A stretch of DNA of 64,000 nt from a virus (IMGVR_UViG_3300015360_000032:16924-80923), one strand, 5' to 3'. Positions 1 through 10,257 are shown, numbered from the stretch's first letter. The notes: generated from the letters alone by a model not told the origin. Translations and numbers: made by a program.

Positions 1-129
1 CAACGGCACGTTGCTCCTCAATCTCCATCATTCGCCTTCCTTCGGCTCCACGATAGCCGCCTGATTCGGGGGCTACATTGGTGGCGCGGGCGCGGGGTAC
101 AACTCTACGTGTAGGCGGGGCCATGGTGT

Positions 130-738
130 TTACTTTCCTGAAAACAGTTGGTGGATGCGGTTCATTAGTTCTTTTGCCAGTCGGGCTGACATACCTGCCA
201 ACACTAGGTCAGCGGTTCTCACTGCTTCGTCTAATCTCACTAGACAACTTCCCTTTCCGATTACGGAAACCATCACCGTCTTACGTGGTAATCCAAGATG
301 GGTCCCGGGGGTTAGGACAATCAGTCGTCGTTCGCTTGTGCGGCGCGACTTCTTAGGTGCTACTTTCGGTGGAGGTTCCATCCACAGTTTAACGATTTTC
401 TCATGGGTCAATGGGGCTAACGTTTGCAATAGCAAATCTACATTTGCATCAAGAGGAAGCTCTTTCCTCTGCGCACCATTGTAAGCAAAGCCCTTAAACA
501 ATGCAAGCTTTTTGTTTGCAGTGGCGTGGCGAAAGTAGTGCATGAATCCGCCGACTACCCGCTGGACTTTGCCTTCATATACCAGGGCCTCTAACCGCGC
601 GTAGACCTCCCTTCTCGGTAGGCGCATGCGCGCTTGCCGATTGAAGATTTGGTTAGCCGATAGCGGCGTCTCACCGGCCCCTGGAATCGCGTCTAGGAAA
701 TGGCGAAGCTGCTCCGGGTGCGGAGCGTAGGCATGCAT
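130..738 (-). CDS. hypothetical protein, possible N-terminal winged-helix
   Basis: 202-aa ORF in tight minus-strand gene run; ETPLSANQIF...RREVYARLEALVYEGKV resembles a wHTH. Confidence 0.55.
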   Translation of the reverse strand: MHAYAPHPEQLRHFLDAIPGAGETPLSANQIFNRQARMRLPRREVYARLEALVYEGKVQRVVGGFMHYFRHATANKKLALFKGFAYNGAQRKELPLDANVDLLLQTLAPLTHEKIVKLWMEPPPKVAPKKSRRTSERRLIVLTPGTHLGLPRKTVMVSVIGKGSCLVRLDEAVRTADLVLAGMSARLAKELMNRIHQLFSGK

Positions 739-750
739 TTGAACTTGATT

Positions 751-1098
751 TCAAAGTCCAAGGTCCGCTAGGTACTCAGCGGCGAAGAGCATGAAGAAGG
801 GATCGTAGGGGTTTTCGTAGGTTGCACAAAGCATCGTGCAAACAGTCGTGCCTGCCTGTAGGAAGACATATTTCTCGTGGGACCAGTCGAGATAGCCCTG
901 GCGATACTCATCGGTCGCGGCTTCAATCAACACGGAGCTTATCGGCCCGTACTCTAGATGCTTATCCCCTGCCGCAATACGAAAGGGCACTCGTCCCGGG
1001 TTGATCGGGCAGTAGTCTACCCAGAGGTTGCCGCTTTGGTTGAAGTATTCAGCCTTTGCCCCGCGCGCTATGGCAAACTTAACTCGATCTATCATCAT
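751..1098 (-). CDS. hypothetical protein
   Basis: 115-aa ORF with AGGGGG RBS; stop codon lies inside a palindrome copy. Confidence 0.65.
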   Translation of the reverse strand: MMIDRVKFAIARGAKAEYFNQSGNLWVDYCPINPGRVPFRIAAGDKHLEYGPISSVLIEAATDEYRQGYLDWSHEKYVFLQAGTTVCTMLCATYENPYDPFFMLFAAEYLADLGL

Positions 1099-1112
1099 GG
1101 TGTTTCCCCCTT

Positions 1113-2072
1113 TTAGAACAGTCTTGCCCCTCGAATCATCGATTCGAATTCCTCGGGCTGTAGTTCGCCCGGGTCCTTGCAGTCGGCGGGGTACTTGACC
1201 TTCATCACAGGTACGTACTTCTCGATTAGGGTTCCGGCATTCTTGACGCCCTTTTCCCCCGCCGCATCGTTGTCATAAAACAAATAAACAGGCAATCCGA
1301 AGTCTTTGAGAATTGCTGCCTGCTTCTCCGTCATTGTACTATGCATAACCGCGACTGCTGGCTGTCCACATTCCCATCCATTGGCATAGTCGAAGAGCCC
1401 TTCGACAACCAGAATCTTGTCGGGCTTCGTCTGCGCGATCAGGTGTGATCCGAGTAGGCATGCCGCTTTCTTTAGGCCGTAGTAGTCCCGTACTTTCAGT
1501 CTGGCTTGGCCCGTGACATCTCTGCCGGTGAGGCCGTACAGGTCTCCCCCCGGCCCGAAGACGGGAAACAGTATTCTCTCTGCCCCATCGGCAGGGTCGT
1601 GAGGATCAATCATCAGTTGCAGAAGCCCCGCCGTCTCATCCGAGATGCCGCGCTCGATCAGGTACGGGTGGCCTGCTGCGCTGTCGTACAAGTCCAGATA
1701 CAGTTCTCTGGCGAGGGCGTGTAGTTCGTCGTCATCCGCTCGCGGGGTATCCCAATCAGGCAAAACGCGGGGGCCAAGGTATGACTCCTCCTCGATTTCA
1801 CCTATCAAGTCTCCAAGGTCTTCCCCCGTGTAGTCGGCATACCTTTTGAGCATGGCGTGGAAGGGGGCTTTGTTGTCACATGTGAAGCAATTGAAGATGC
1901 TTGTCCCTGTCGGATTGATTGAGATACCTGCGGATTCTCTGGTGTCACGTCCATGACGGTGTTCGGCCTGCCATCTAGCTAGCGGGCACCTAATGGATAT
2001 CCATCCATTGATTTCTTTTCCACCTTCGCCAAAAACCTCCCGCAGAACTTGGTTGATACCATCTGCGTTCAT
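1113..2072 (-). CDS. DNA primase (zinc finger + TOPRIM)
   Basis: N-terminal CP...H...CFTC zinc finger, RILFPV, VVEGLFD and FYDNDAAG TOPRIM motifs. Confidence 0.9.
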   Translation of the reverse strand: MNADGINQVLREVFGEGGKEINGWISIRCPLARWQAEHRHGRDTRESAGISINPTGTSIFNCFTCDNKAPFHAMLKRYADYTGEDLGDLIGEIEEESYLGPRVLPDWDTPRADDDELHALARELYLDLYDSAAGHPYLIERGISDETAGLLQLMIDPHDPADGAERILFPVFGPGGDLYGLTGRDVTGQARLKVRDYYGLKKAACLLGSHLIAQTKPDKILVVEGLFDYANGWECGQPAVAVMHSTMTEKQAAILKDFGLPVYLFYDNDAAGEKGVKNAGTLIEKYVPVMKVKYPADCKDPGELQPEEFESMIRGARLF

Positions 2073-2075
2073 AGT

Positions 2076-2627
2076 TTACTTTGTGCGAGTCTTGATCTTG
2101 CAGCGCTCGATTTTCAATCGCTTGCCCATGAGTTGCCCTGGCGTGACATCAGCGATATCCAGTAACTCTTTCTCCGTAAGGTGCTGCCTTGCCTTGCCGA
2201 GCGCTACATCAATTGAACTCCAGAAGATTTCGTTGTTGACCTTGGCGCGGAAGCTCTTCGGGTCAACGAAGGTTTTCTGGTTGCTCCACTGCTCTACGAT
2301 CTTGGCGAGGTGTACCCCGTTCGTATGCTCAAGCAGGTTCGCATCGTTCAAGATAGCGTGGACTGTCTCAGTGGCATCATTCAGTGCTTGGGTTGCCTCG
2401 TCGATCTGGTGTTCGGCTTTTGAAATCAATTTCAATTGCTCGTCGATCCTCTTTCGTGCCGATGCTTCTTTGGCAAATTTCTGGTTTGCCCCTTCCTCCC
2501 GGGCGAGACTGGTTCGAAGCACTAGCGTCTTGGCTTTGTCTGTCCTTGCCGCTATCACTTTCTCCATTGCGGAGGTTTCTACTTTCTTCTGCCCAACTTG
2601 CGCCCTAGTACGCAGCATGACTGCCAT
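2076..2627 (-). CDS. hypothetical protein between polymerase and primase
   Basis: 183-aa ORF with AAGGAG RBS, basic and coiled-coil-like. Confidence 0.75.
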   Translation of the reverse strand: MAVMLRTRAQVGQKKVETSAMEKVIAARTDKAKTLVLRTSLAREEGANQKFAKEASARKRIDEQLKLISKAEHQIDEATQALNDATETVHAILNDANLLEHTNGVHLAKIVEQWSNQKTFVDPKSFRAKVNNEIFWSSIDVALGKARQHLTEKELLDIADVTPGQLMGKRLKIERCKIKTRTK

Positions 2628-2652
2628 GGTATGAACTCCTTTTTGTGGATTG

Positions 2653-5583
2653 TCAAACGGGGGGTCTAGCCCTACGCATTATATGCGCGGAACGGGCTCT
2701 CTTTTCCTCCGCCACCTTAACTATTTTATTGCGGCGATTGATAACCATTTGCTTCAGGCTACGCTCTATCCGCTTTTCTACTTGACGGTTCGTGCCCGCG
2801 CGCATCAGGCGATAACGGCGCACAGCGACATGGACGCTTTCATCCTCCGTGTCCTCAGGGGTGGTGTATGCGGAGCGTTGCAAACGGCCATTGTTTGGGG
2901 GGGTTTTCTGTCGGGGTACCTGGATCAAGGGGTTGCCGTCCTTGTCCGTCAAACCGGCGAAATTGAAAGGTTTGTCGAGGGTGAATCCATCGCATTCGTG
3001 GACCGCCCCTAGATTCTCTCCGAACCCAACGTCCGCGACAATGGGCACCTTGAGAGTGAGACCAAAGCGCTCGTGCAGGGGATTGGTTTCCATGTATCGC
3101 TTCAGAGTCTTCATGCCCCAGTCAACGTATTCCTTCTTGACGTAGGCAATGATGGAGTCGTGGACGAAGCCAACAATTTGCATAGCTTCGGGGTCTAGCT
3201 CCTCATTCATTCTGCCCTGCGCCATCACGCCTAGGCTTGACCCGAACTCCTGCACCGGGGCATTGATCGATTGACGGCCCGCCTCCTGCTGAATGAATTC
3301 CTCGGGTGAGTCGATCATCGGGAGGTGACGGATGCGGCCAGAGAAGGAGCGCACGAACTTGTTCTTCTGTGCGAAGCCGCGCATGGCCTTGTGCCACGGC
3401 TCCAATGAACGGTACTTGGTAAAGAAGTTACTCCGGATGCGCTGCGCGTCCTTCTCGGTAAAGGTGACACCGTAGTCAGTCTTTGCGTAGCCAATGAACT
3501 TGCGCCAGCCCATTCCGTAGATGAATCCGAAATTCACGGCCTTAGCTTTTTGACGGTACTCCTTTTGTTTGTCCTTGGGCAGTAGGTTGAACTGCTCGAC
3601 CGTGAGGCCGGCGACGATAGCCGCAGTTGCGCGGTGGATGTCCCCGCCGATGCGATAGATTTCAATCATCGCCTTGTCACCCGACATGCACGCTGCAATG
3701 CGTAGCTCTGCCTGAGACAAGTCAACTTCAATGGCATAGTAGCCGGGAGGGGCCACGAACATCTCGCGGTATGCCTTGGCTTTCTTTCCGCGCTTGGGGA
3801 AATTCTGGCCGTTCGGGTCGTCGGAGCTTGAGCGCCCGGTGACGGCCTTGTGGAGGTGATAGTTAGGACGGACCTTACCGCCACGGATGTACTTCTTTTC
3901 GAAGCTAATCACGCTCTTGGTCAGCAACGATTCGTCTTGAACGTACTGTGCAAGCTGAACAGTGAACGGCTCGTGGTCAAAGAAGTACGGGAGGTGATCC
4001 TTGGAGGAGACAGAGGGTTCCCGCAACGTCTCGTCATGCAGGTTCTTCGTGCTGTCTGTGAACACCTTCGGCTTGAGGCGAAACCCACGAGGGTGGGTGA
4101 ACAGGACTTGCTTTGTAAACTCGGTTCGCGTGAAGCTCAGTGCGTCCTCTGGTGTTTTTTTCTTGTTCGCCGGCTTGTTCAGAAAGTCAACGACGATGGC
4201 TTGCTTCAGGTCGCGCGGTATCTGCCGCAGCAGATCGGACTTTTGTTGCGCGACTTCCTCGATCATGGTCTGCTTGAAGTTGGCGAGTGCAGTCCCTTCA
4301 TCGATATACATGCCCCGCGTTTCTAGCGCAGCGAAAGCGTTCAAGCCAGGAATCGTGATGTTGCAGTAGTGAGCCCAAAGGTAGTCATCGGCCATGATGT
4401 CGGACTCTAGCCGCGAGTAGAGACGGAACGCAGCATCGGTATCCCCGCAACCGTAGCCGCACATCTCTGCAATGGGTACCTCCCACATGCGGGACTTGTC
4501 GTACGTGGCATTGAACACGTCGGCGTATCCGCCCATCTCGGGTACGTAGATTTTCGTCAGTACGTCGAGGTTTTTTTCTGGCAGGTTCTCGTCAAGGAGT
4601 GCAGCCATCATCAGCGTGTCGCCGCCGATACGGAAACGAATGCCCTCTGCCATCCAAAGCCCAACGTTATCAAACTTGGGATTTTGCCCAACCACTACCC
4701 GATCCGGCTTGCAGAGTAGCCGACGCAGTTGGTTGCGCAGCTTGGGTTTCTTGCCCTCGGGTATGGGGTTCTCCGGGTGATCCCAGACCAGCATGTATCC
4801 CTTGCCCGCCGCCGTGGTGAACTGCATCGTCAGAATTTGAAACTTGGGCTTGAATGTAGACTTGCCCTTGTGAAGCGCCGGCCGGTAGCTGCGGACATCG
4901 GCTCCCTCTTGGTACCAGCGAAGGCCCGTCGTCTCCGTGTCGAACGACAGTAGCTCCGCATCCTCTTCGATAAGGAATTCCAGATCATCGATAAGCTCGT
5001 ACTCGCCTTTCTGCTGGCTCGCGGCGGCAGCGACATCGTACTCAGCATCGACTGACCGAGAGAACGATTGGACATCCGCATCGAACACGGGAGCGTTCTG
5101 CGGGTACATGACGACGACGCCAGGAGACATCATCGGGAACACCGCGCAACCAAGCTCTTCAGACTGGCTTACAAACCCCCGGACCTTGGTAATCTTCGTG
5201 GCCTTGCCGAACACCTGAGACGCGGCGGCAGCACCTAGCGGGATAATTGCCTCGTAGTCGTGAGACTCGACTTCCGCCTGAAAGTGCTGGCGACAGTGCT
5301 TCATAGCCGCAGTCTTTATCTTCTGGACATGGGCATTGGGGTCGTACGCGCAATGACAGGTCGGGGTGAACCTGAAGTCCCCCTTGCCGAATCCAATGTC
5401 AATGAGTTTGCCGCTCAGCATCTTCGACTGATGGTTCGTCATCAATCGATCTTCTTCCGCCGACTTCATGGACGGGACATCGGTGACGATCAGGAAGCGA
5501 GCATCCTCGGGGCCGCGCGCCCCCAGAGGAAGGTAGACGCCCTGGATTGGGCAGCCTTCACATAGGTCGGGGTTAAAGCTCAC
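2653..5583 (-). CDS. polA: Family A DNA polymerase with N-terminal uracil-DNA-glycosylase-like domain and 3'-5' exonuclease
   Basis: Exo motifs FDTETTG, NPKFD, YGCGD; polymerase motifs TGRSSS, DLSQAELR, RQKAKAVNFGFIYG, VHDS; N-terminus CEGCP...FLIVTDVP...IIPLG is family-4 UDG-like. Confidence 0.95.
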   Translation of the reverse strand: MSFNPDLCEGCPIQGVYLPLGARGPEDARFLIVTDVPSMKSAEEDRLMTNHQSKMLSGKLIDIGFGKGDFRFTPTCHCAYDPNAHVQKIKTAAMKHCRQHFQAEVESHDYEAIIPLGAAAASQVFGKATKITKVRGFVSQSEELGCAVFPMMSPGVVVMYPQNAPVFDADVQSFSRSVDAEYDVAAAASQQKGEYELIDDLEFLIEEDAELLSFDTETTGLRWYQEGADVRSYRPALHKGKSTFKPKFQILTMQFTTAAGKGYMLVWDHPENPIPEGKKPKLRNQLRRLLCKPDRVVVGQNPKFDNVGLWMAEGIRFRIGGDTLMMAALLDENLPEKNLDVLTKIYVPEMGGYADVFNATYDKSRMWEVPIAEMCGYGCGDTDAAFRLYSRLESDIMADDYLWAHYCNITIPGLNAFAALETRGMYIDEGTALANFKQTMIEEVAQQKSDLLRQIPRDLKQAIVVDFLNKPANKKKTPEDALSFTRTEFTKQVLFTHPRGFRLKPKVFTDSTKNLHDETLREPSVSSKDHLPYFFDHEPFTVQLAQYVQDESLLTKSVISFEKKYIRGGKVRPNYHLHKAVTGRSSSDDPNGQNFPKRGKKAKAYREMFVAPPGYYAIEVDLSQAELRIAACMSGDKAMIEIYRIGGDIHRATAAIVAGLTVEQFNLLPKDKQKEYRQKAKAVNFGFIYGMGWRKFIGYAKTDYGVTFTEKDAQRIRSNFFTKYRSLEPWHKAMRGFAQKNKFVRSFSGRIRHLPMIDSPEEFIQQEAGRQSINAPVQEFGSSLGVMAQGRMNEELDPEAMQIVGFVHDSIIAYVKKEYVDWGMKTLKRYMETNPLHERFGLTLKVPIVADVGFGENLGAVHECDGFTLDKPFNFAGLTDKDGNPLIQVPRQKTPPNNGRLQRSAYTTPEDTEDESVHVAVRRYRLMRAGTNRQVEKRIERSLKQMVINRRNKIVKVAEEKRARSAHIMRRARPPV

Positions 5584-5822
5584 AGGGGGTCGCGCTCCAT
5601 CTTTGACTGTACGGCACTGATTGCAAGGATCAGTCTCTCTCGCGCACTGTCCTGCATAATTTGCGCGGCATCAGCGGCGGTGTCTGCCACGGCCCGCGCC
5701 TGTATCGCTTTGGCAAGCTGCACTGCCTCTACCGAGTACCTGTGTCCCCGGCAGTACGCGGCTAGGCTAAAGGGGACATCCATGTACCGCGAGAAAATAT
5801 CCATCGGTGCTAGATCGCTCAT
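5580..5822 (-). CDS. hypothetical protein
   Basis: 80-aa ORF filling helicase-polymerase gap, 4-bp overlap with polA start. Confidence 0.6.
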   Translation of the reverse strand: MSDLAPMDIFSRYMDVPFSLAAYCRGHRYSVEAVQLAKAIQARAVADTAADAAQIMQDSARERLILAISAVQSKMERDPL

Positions 5823-5825
5823 TGC

Positions 5826-7145
5826 TCACTCCCTGTAATAGTCAGAGGTTCTTCGCCCAGGGTCTGGAGACCGCCGGCCCATCCACTGAACGGTGCCCTC
5901 GGTTACTTCCCCTTCCGCCTCGCGCTCTGCAACACTCATTTCGCCCATGTCGAGCGGAGCAAATTTGAAATTGATTGCAACGCTGCCGTGTTCACCCTCT
6001 CTGCCCTTTAGAAAGTCGAACACTCTGGAGTCACGAACATTCTCTGTGGGGCCGTCTTTGAGGGCGATGACCTGAGACGAGTGGGTGCCCACCGCATCAG
6101 TGAAGCTGATGGTTTCAAGGCTTCCCTCTTTGCCCGACCGTCCCGCCTGCCGGTTAAACTGAGTGGACAGGACGAAGGGGCATCCGATGTCTAGGTTCAT
6201 GCCGCGTAGCTCATCGTAGACCGCATGGACTTTTTCTGTTCGGTTGGCGTTGCGCCCCATCTCGCTAGGGCGGAGCAAGTATACCCCATCAATGAAGATG
6301 ATATCGGGTGCGAATTCATCAGCAAGGCGAGCGATGGAATCGCACTTGGCATTCATGCCGACGCTGAATACTTTGAACCTCTCCCCGCCGATCATATCTC
6401 GGTAGACTGCGTTGATGCGCTCTCGCATGTAGGTGGAGATAGTGCCGTTCTTCAGCAATGTGGGGTTCACGCCGGTAACTAGGGCAGCGTAGCGGCGAGC
6501 CATCTGCTCGATACTCATCTCCGTGGTGACGAACAGGACATGCGCCCCGGCAAGGTGAGCGTTCTGTGCCTGCCTCAGCATCACATACGTTTTGCCGAGC
6601 CCCATTCTCCCTACCCAGGTGATCATGTCACCGTTCTGGTAGCCGCCTGTCATGTAGTCAAAAGTGGGCCAGCCGGTGGTGATGCCAGATACGCCGCCCG
6701 TTCCTTGGATTTGTCTCAGTCTGGCGGTTACGAGGTGGCCTGCCTCATTCATGTTCATTGCCTCGCCGGTCTGGCTTGCGCCCCTGCGCCGACGACGCAG
6801 CACGGACGATATCCCGGAGACCGTGTCGGCCACTAGCGCCATGTTCTTTGTTGCCAGTGCCTCCCGCAGAGGCCCGAACCGATCCCGGATCAGGTTGTAC
6901 TCGTACCGCTCGTTAACAAGGTCGATGTAGTAGGCCAGGGGTTCATTGGCAGCGGGCAGTCGAATGCCAAGCTCTTCCTGCACTGTCTGGCTGGCCGGCA
7001 ATTCTCTGTACTGTCGGAGGTGTCCTCTCACAAAGTCGTATGCTGTTATCTCCTGATCTAAAAGCATTTCTCGCTCGACCGACGACAACGCCCTGGGGGA
7101 GTTGGCAGTTAAAGCTGCTGAAATCAATTTCAAACCGTCGCTCAT
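5826..7145 (-). CDS. DnaB-like (SF4) replicative helicase
   Basis: GITTGW, Walker A GRMGLGKT, TTEM, IFIDG, STQFNR, KGREG motifs. Confidence 0.92.
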   Translation of the reverse strand: MSDGLKLISAALTANSPRALSSVEREMLLDQEITAYDFVRGHLRQYRELPASQTVQEELGIRLPAANEPLAYYIDLVNERYEYNLIRDRFGPLREALATKNMALVADTVSGISSVLRRRRRGASQTGEAMNMNEAGHLVTARLRQIQGTGGVSGITTGWPTFDYMTGGYQNGDMITWVGRMGLGKTYVMLRQAQNAHLAGAHVLFVTTEMSIEQMARRYAALVTGVNPTLLKNGTISTYMRERINAVYRDMIGGERFKVFSVGMNAKCDSIARLADEFAPDIIFIDGVYLLRPSEMGRNANRTEKVHAVYDELRGMNLDIGCPFVLSTQFNRQAGRSGKEGSLETISFTDAVGTHSSQVIALKDGPTENVRDSRVFDFLKGREGEHGSVAINFKFAPLDMGEMSVAEREAEGEVTEGTVQWMGRRSPDPGRRTSDYYRE

Positions 7146-7152
7146 GTATCGC

Positions 7153-7758
7153 TTACTTTATTGGAATTGCGTGGAAGCTAGAGAAAAGCTCTAGGAACTC
7201 TGGCAAGTACGGGGCGGGTTCGTCTAGGTCAAGCTCGCCAAGGATTAGGCCACCGCCGCTGTTCACATGTCTTGCCAGAATGTGCTGGGCGTATTGCCAT
7301 TCGTGCTTGGGCCAATCTTCAATGCTGCGAGAAATGTCAGGTACTACGAGATACCCCCTCCCGTCGAGGTTTGCAGCTTCCTCCAAACTCGCGCGGGGGT
7401 CTAGGGCATACCTAGCCCACATGAAAAGCTGAGCAATGGGTACGTATTGGACTGACTTGTTCCGAACAACTAGCTCCTTCGCAAAGATAGCACAGGCCCG
7501 TATCACTCGACCCTGCTTTGCATTGGGTACCCTTTGCAACAGGTAGCTTCGATAACCGAACTCACCCATTGAGTACGAGCCCTCTTCGAGGATGCCAGCT
7601 AAAATTAATTGCCTGTCATCTTCAAGGCTCTCCTCGTAAGCGTAGATAGGAATCTTTGCCGCGCGCATTCTAGCCAGCATGCCAACATTGTTAGCGGCCA
7701 TGCTTGGCATAGTTCTTCGTTCCACCCTCCTGCCACTCCGGGGGTTCCCAATCATCAT
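7153..7758 (-). CDS. degenerate DnaC/IstB-like helicase loader (putative)
   Basis: Lies between initiator and helicase; AKIP..Y, SVQYVPIAQL and YLVVPDI recall DnaC-like AAA+, but no canonical Walker A. Confidence 0.5.
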   Translation of the reverse strand: MMIGNPRSGRRVERRTMPSMAANNVGMLARMRAAKIPIYAYEESLEDDRQLILAGILEEGSYSMGEFGYRSYLLQRVPNAKQGRVIRACAIFAKELVVRNKSVQYVPIAQLFMWARYALDPRASLEEAANLDGRGYLVVPDISRSIEDWPKHEWQYAQHILARHVNSGGGLILGELDLDEPAPYLPEFLELFSSFHAIPIK

Positions 7759-9088
7759 CTAGCTCCTTGTTTGATTCTTTTACGTTGATGGTGGTTAGAG
7801 GCGTCAAGGGCGCGCGACGAGTGCGGCGCATAACCTCTAAGGTATTTCTTGATGTTTGTCTTTCCGTCGCAAGCGCGGATTCAAGCTCTGCGATCCGCTG
7901 CTGATCGCCGGTCTTCTTGCTTATGTTCAGGTTGCCCCTGCGGTTAGCGTAGGCCGCGATGAAGTAAGGCAGTCGGTAGGCCAGCGGGGAAAAGCTCGGG
8001 GCCTCAGGAAGAACACTGCCCTTCGAGTACCTGCCCGGGTCCCGTATGAAAGCCGCGCGATTTTGCAGATGAAGTATCGTCCACTCGCGGATGCAGAATT
8101 CTATGAAGTCGCGTAGGTCAGGTAGCTCGGCAGCCCGTATTCGTTTCTTCATCACGCCGAATGCTCTTTCGGTGACGATGATTCTCGGTAGCTCGGGATG
8201 ATGCACCTTCATGCATGTGTCCAGCATCGCCTGCAAATTCGCGGTGTTGATTTCTCCCGACACGGCGGCGGCGACCCGGGCAACCCGGCGAACAACACTG
8301 GCCTTGGTAGCAGACGCAATTGCCTCCATCGCTGTGTCGTGGGCGGGACCAACGGGGCGAGGTTTTTTGGGTGCTGGTAAGTTGTGCATACCTACTGAAT
8401 TTTTGGTTTGAATTTCCGCAGCTACCATCGCCGTGTCGAAGACCGGCGAAAGTAGTTGGTTAGATTTATCTAACCTGAGATTTGTATGCATTGCCGAAGG
8501 CAATACATGTATATTACATGAAGAGGTGTGAAAGTTTTTTATAGGGGGGGTCCCCGTTTTCTTGGCTGCGCGGGCCACCCTCTCCTCTACTTTCAGCCTC
8601 TTTTCTTCAATAACTTTGGCCTCAATAGCGACTAAAAGACGGAGGTTTCTCCCCTCTACATCGCATGTATTGGCTATCTTTTTGACATTGATTTCAAACA
8701 TTCTGGAGTCATTTTCAGCGCCGGAAGCCCTAGACTTTACGCAGTGAGCATGCACAATATCTGACTCTATCAGGGCCTTTAGATGCTTTCGAATAGTCGG
8801 GAGTGACAGTTGAAGTGGCTTGATAAACTGCTCATCGTCGCCCTCAATACCCTCTAAAAACTCTCGATAGGGGACTCTCTCCGCCGCTTTCCCTACCAAT
8901 ATTGTCCTGTTTGCCAGCCATAAAAGGATCGAGATGGCGGAAGGATCGAGGGTGCAGACCAATTCGCGGGCTACGACGGACAGAAAAAGAGACCCGTATT
9001 CCAGCCTCGCGGAAATAATATCTTCCTTGTCCTTGATTACAGCGGTGTATTCCCGCTGAAGGTAGGTGTAGATCATTTTTCTTCCCAC
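7691..9088 (-). CDS. putative replication initiator (N-terminal winged helix)
   Basis: LQLSLPTIRKHLKALIESDIV wHTH, low-complexity linker, upstream of loader and helicase as in lambda O-like modules. Confidence 0.6.
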   Translation of the reverse strand: MGRKMIYTYLQREYTAVIKDKEDIISARLEYGSLFLSVVARELVCTLDPSAISILLWLANRTILVGKAAERVPYREFLEGIEGDDEQFIKPLQLSLPTIRKHLKALIESDIVHAHCVKSRASGAENDSRMFEINVKKIANTCDVEGRNLRLLVAIEAKVIEEKRLKVEERVARAAKKTGTPPIKNFHTSSCNIHVLPSAMHTNLRLDKSNQLLSPVFDTAMVAAEIQTKNSVGMHNLPAPKKPRPVGPAHDTAMEAIASATKASVVRRVARVAAAVSGEINTANLQAMLDTCMKVHHPELPRIIVTERAFGVMKKRIRAAELPDLRDFIEFCIREWTILHLQNRAAFIRDPGRYSKGSVLPEAPSFSPLAYRLPYFIAAYANRRGNLNISKKTGDQQRIAELESALATERQTSRNTLEVMRRTRRAPLTPLTTINVKESNKELDDDWEPPEWQEGGTKNYAKHGR

Positions 9089-9609
9089 TCTACTAGGACA
9101 TCGACTACCTTTTTTTCCCCTAAAGAGTCCTTGATCATCGCCTCTATAGCCTCTTGGTAGTTAGATAACTTCATCGGCAGAAGGCGAAAAACAATCGGGG
9201 TATCCATACTCCAATGCACTCCTGCCGATGTCAGGGGGTCTAAGGTGAAGTGCTTTGTGTACCTCTTCGGGTCATAAACCCTGTTCTCTTGGGGGTCGTT
9301 GAGTACCGCGCCACGGAAATGCAAGTCTTGCAAGGCGCTGATGTAGTCGAGAAGCCTCATGGATACGGGACCCCCGAAGATCATGCCATTGATGCGCGTG
9401 ACGTTCTCTGTAGCCTCCCGACCCGTCATTACATACTGGTCTACCCCAAGTAAGTGCATCCTACCGCAGACCTGTGCCCCCAAAAACAGCGCATCCTTGC
9501 AGATAGCTCCTGAGATAAAAAGCGAATTCAGTGCGTAGGCCACCTGTATTGCACAGACATTTTCTTCTCCCGCCTCTGTTTCAGGCGGGAAGTCCAGTAT
9601 GTCAGCCAT
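9073..9609 (-). CDS. hypothetical protein
   Basis: 178-aa ORF in the replication operon. Confidence 0.7.
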   Translation of the reverse strand: MADILDFPPETEAGEENVCAIQVAYALNSLFISGAICKDALFLGAQVCGRMHLLGVDQYVMTGREATENVTRINGMIFGGPVSMRLLDYISALQDLHFRGAVLNDPQENRVYDPKRYTKHFTLDPLTSAGVHWSMDTPIVFRLLPMKLSNYQEAIEAMIKDSLGEKKVVDVLVEWEEK

Positions 9610-9612
9610 GTT

Positions 9613-9927
9613 CTACACCATCGTATAAAGGTGTGAGGAGTGCCCGAAGCCTACGGGTGAGCCCGGTTTGACTTCGAGAAACTTGTTCCTTGTAAGCCAC
9701 TCTATCGCGTAATTCATTGTCTCCCTTCGGCATCCCGTGCCCTCCACGAATTCTCCCTCCTTTTCAAACCCCTCGTTTATCTGCCGAAGAGTAAGCTCTA
9801 GAGGGAACCCTCCCGTTAGCTCGGCGGCTCCGATAAACCAGACGGCTAGTCGGGCGGTGGCGTTAGAGATATCAGGATGTTTGTAGGTAACCTTGCGACA
9901 GAAGTTCATCGCTAAATTCGGCGACAT
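9613..9927 (-). CDS. small winged-helix-like protein
   Basis: AGGAGG RBS; LTLRQI...TGCRRETMNYAIEWLTRNKFLEV fits wHTH; first gene after a strong promoter. Confidence 0.6.
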   Translation of the reverse strand: MSPNLAMNFCRKVTYKHPDISNATARLAVWFIGAAELTGGFPLELTLRQINEGFEKEGEFVEGTGCRRETMNYAIEWLTRNKFLEVKPGSPVGFGHSSHLYTMV

Positions 9928-9954
9928 GCGGGACCCTCCTAAATGTATGCGTAC

Positions 9955-9983
9955 ATTCTAGTGCATATCCTTCCAGGAGTCAA
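9955..9983 (-). promoter_or_regulatory. sigma70-type promoter of replication operon
   Basis: Minus strand TTGACT-N17-TAGAAT just upstream of the 9927 start. Confidence 0.75.
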
Positions 9984-10255
9984 TCGTCGTCGCGCTCTCC
10001 CGAGGCTCGACGTTTCATATCAATTTCCCCTGGCGAGAGCGCCCGCATGCGGGGGTAAATTGTGTGCAATTTGTAGGCTTTAACCGGCGCGGGAGCCCTG
10101 GCGGGTACGTGGATGCTCCGGGCTCTGGTCTCAAGAATTTGCCGGTGAATTGGGTCCTCCAGATACTCGTCTAGAGACACCCTCCAATGATCGCGGCGTA
10201 TGGCATTGAACGCCCGAAACAACAATTCTCTGCTGACTGGCGGGCGTTCGGGCAT
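9980..10255 (-). CDS. hypothetical protein
   Basis: 91-aa ORF ending DMKRRASGERDDD, contiguous with neighbours. Confidence 0.65.
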   Translation of the reverse strand: MPERPPVSRELLFRAFNAIRRDHWRVSLDEYLEDPIHRQILETRARSIHVPARAPAPVKAYKLHTIYPRMRALSPGEIDMKRRASGERDDD

Positions 10256-10257
10256 GA

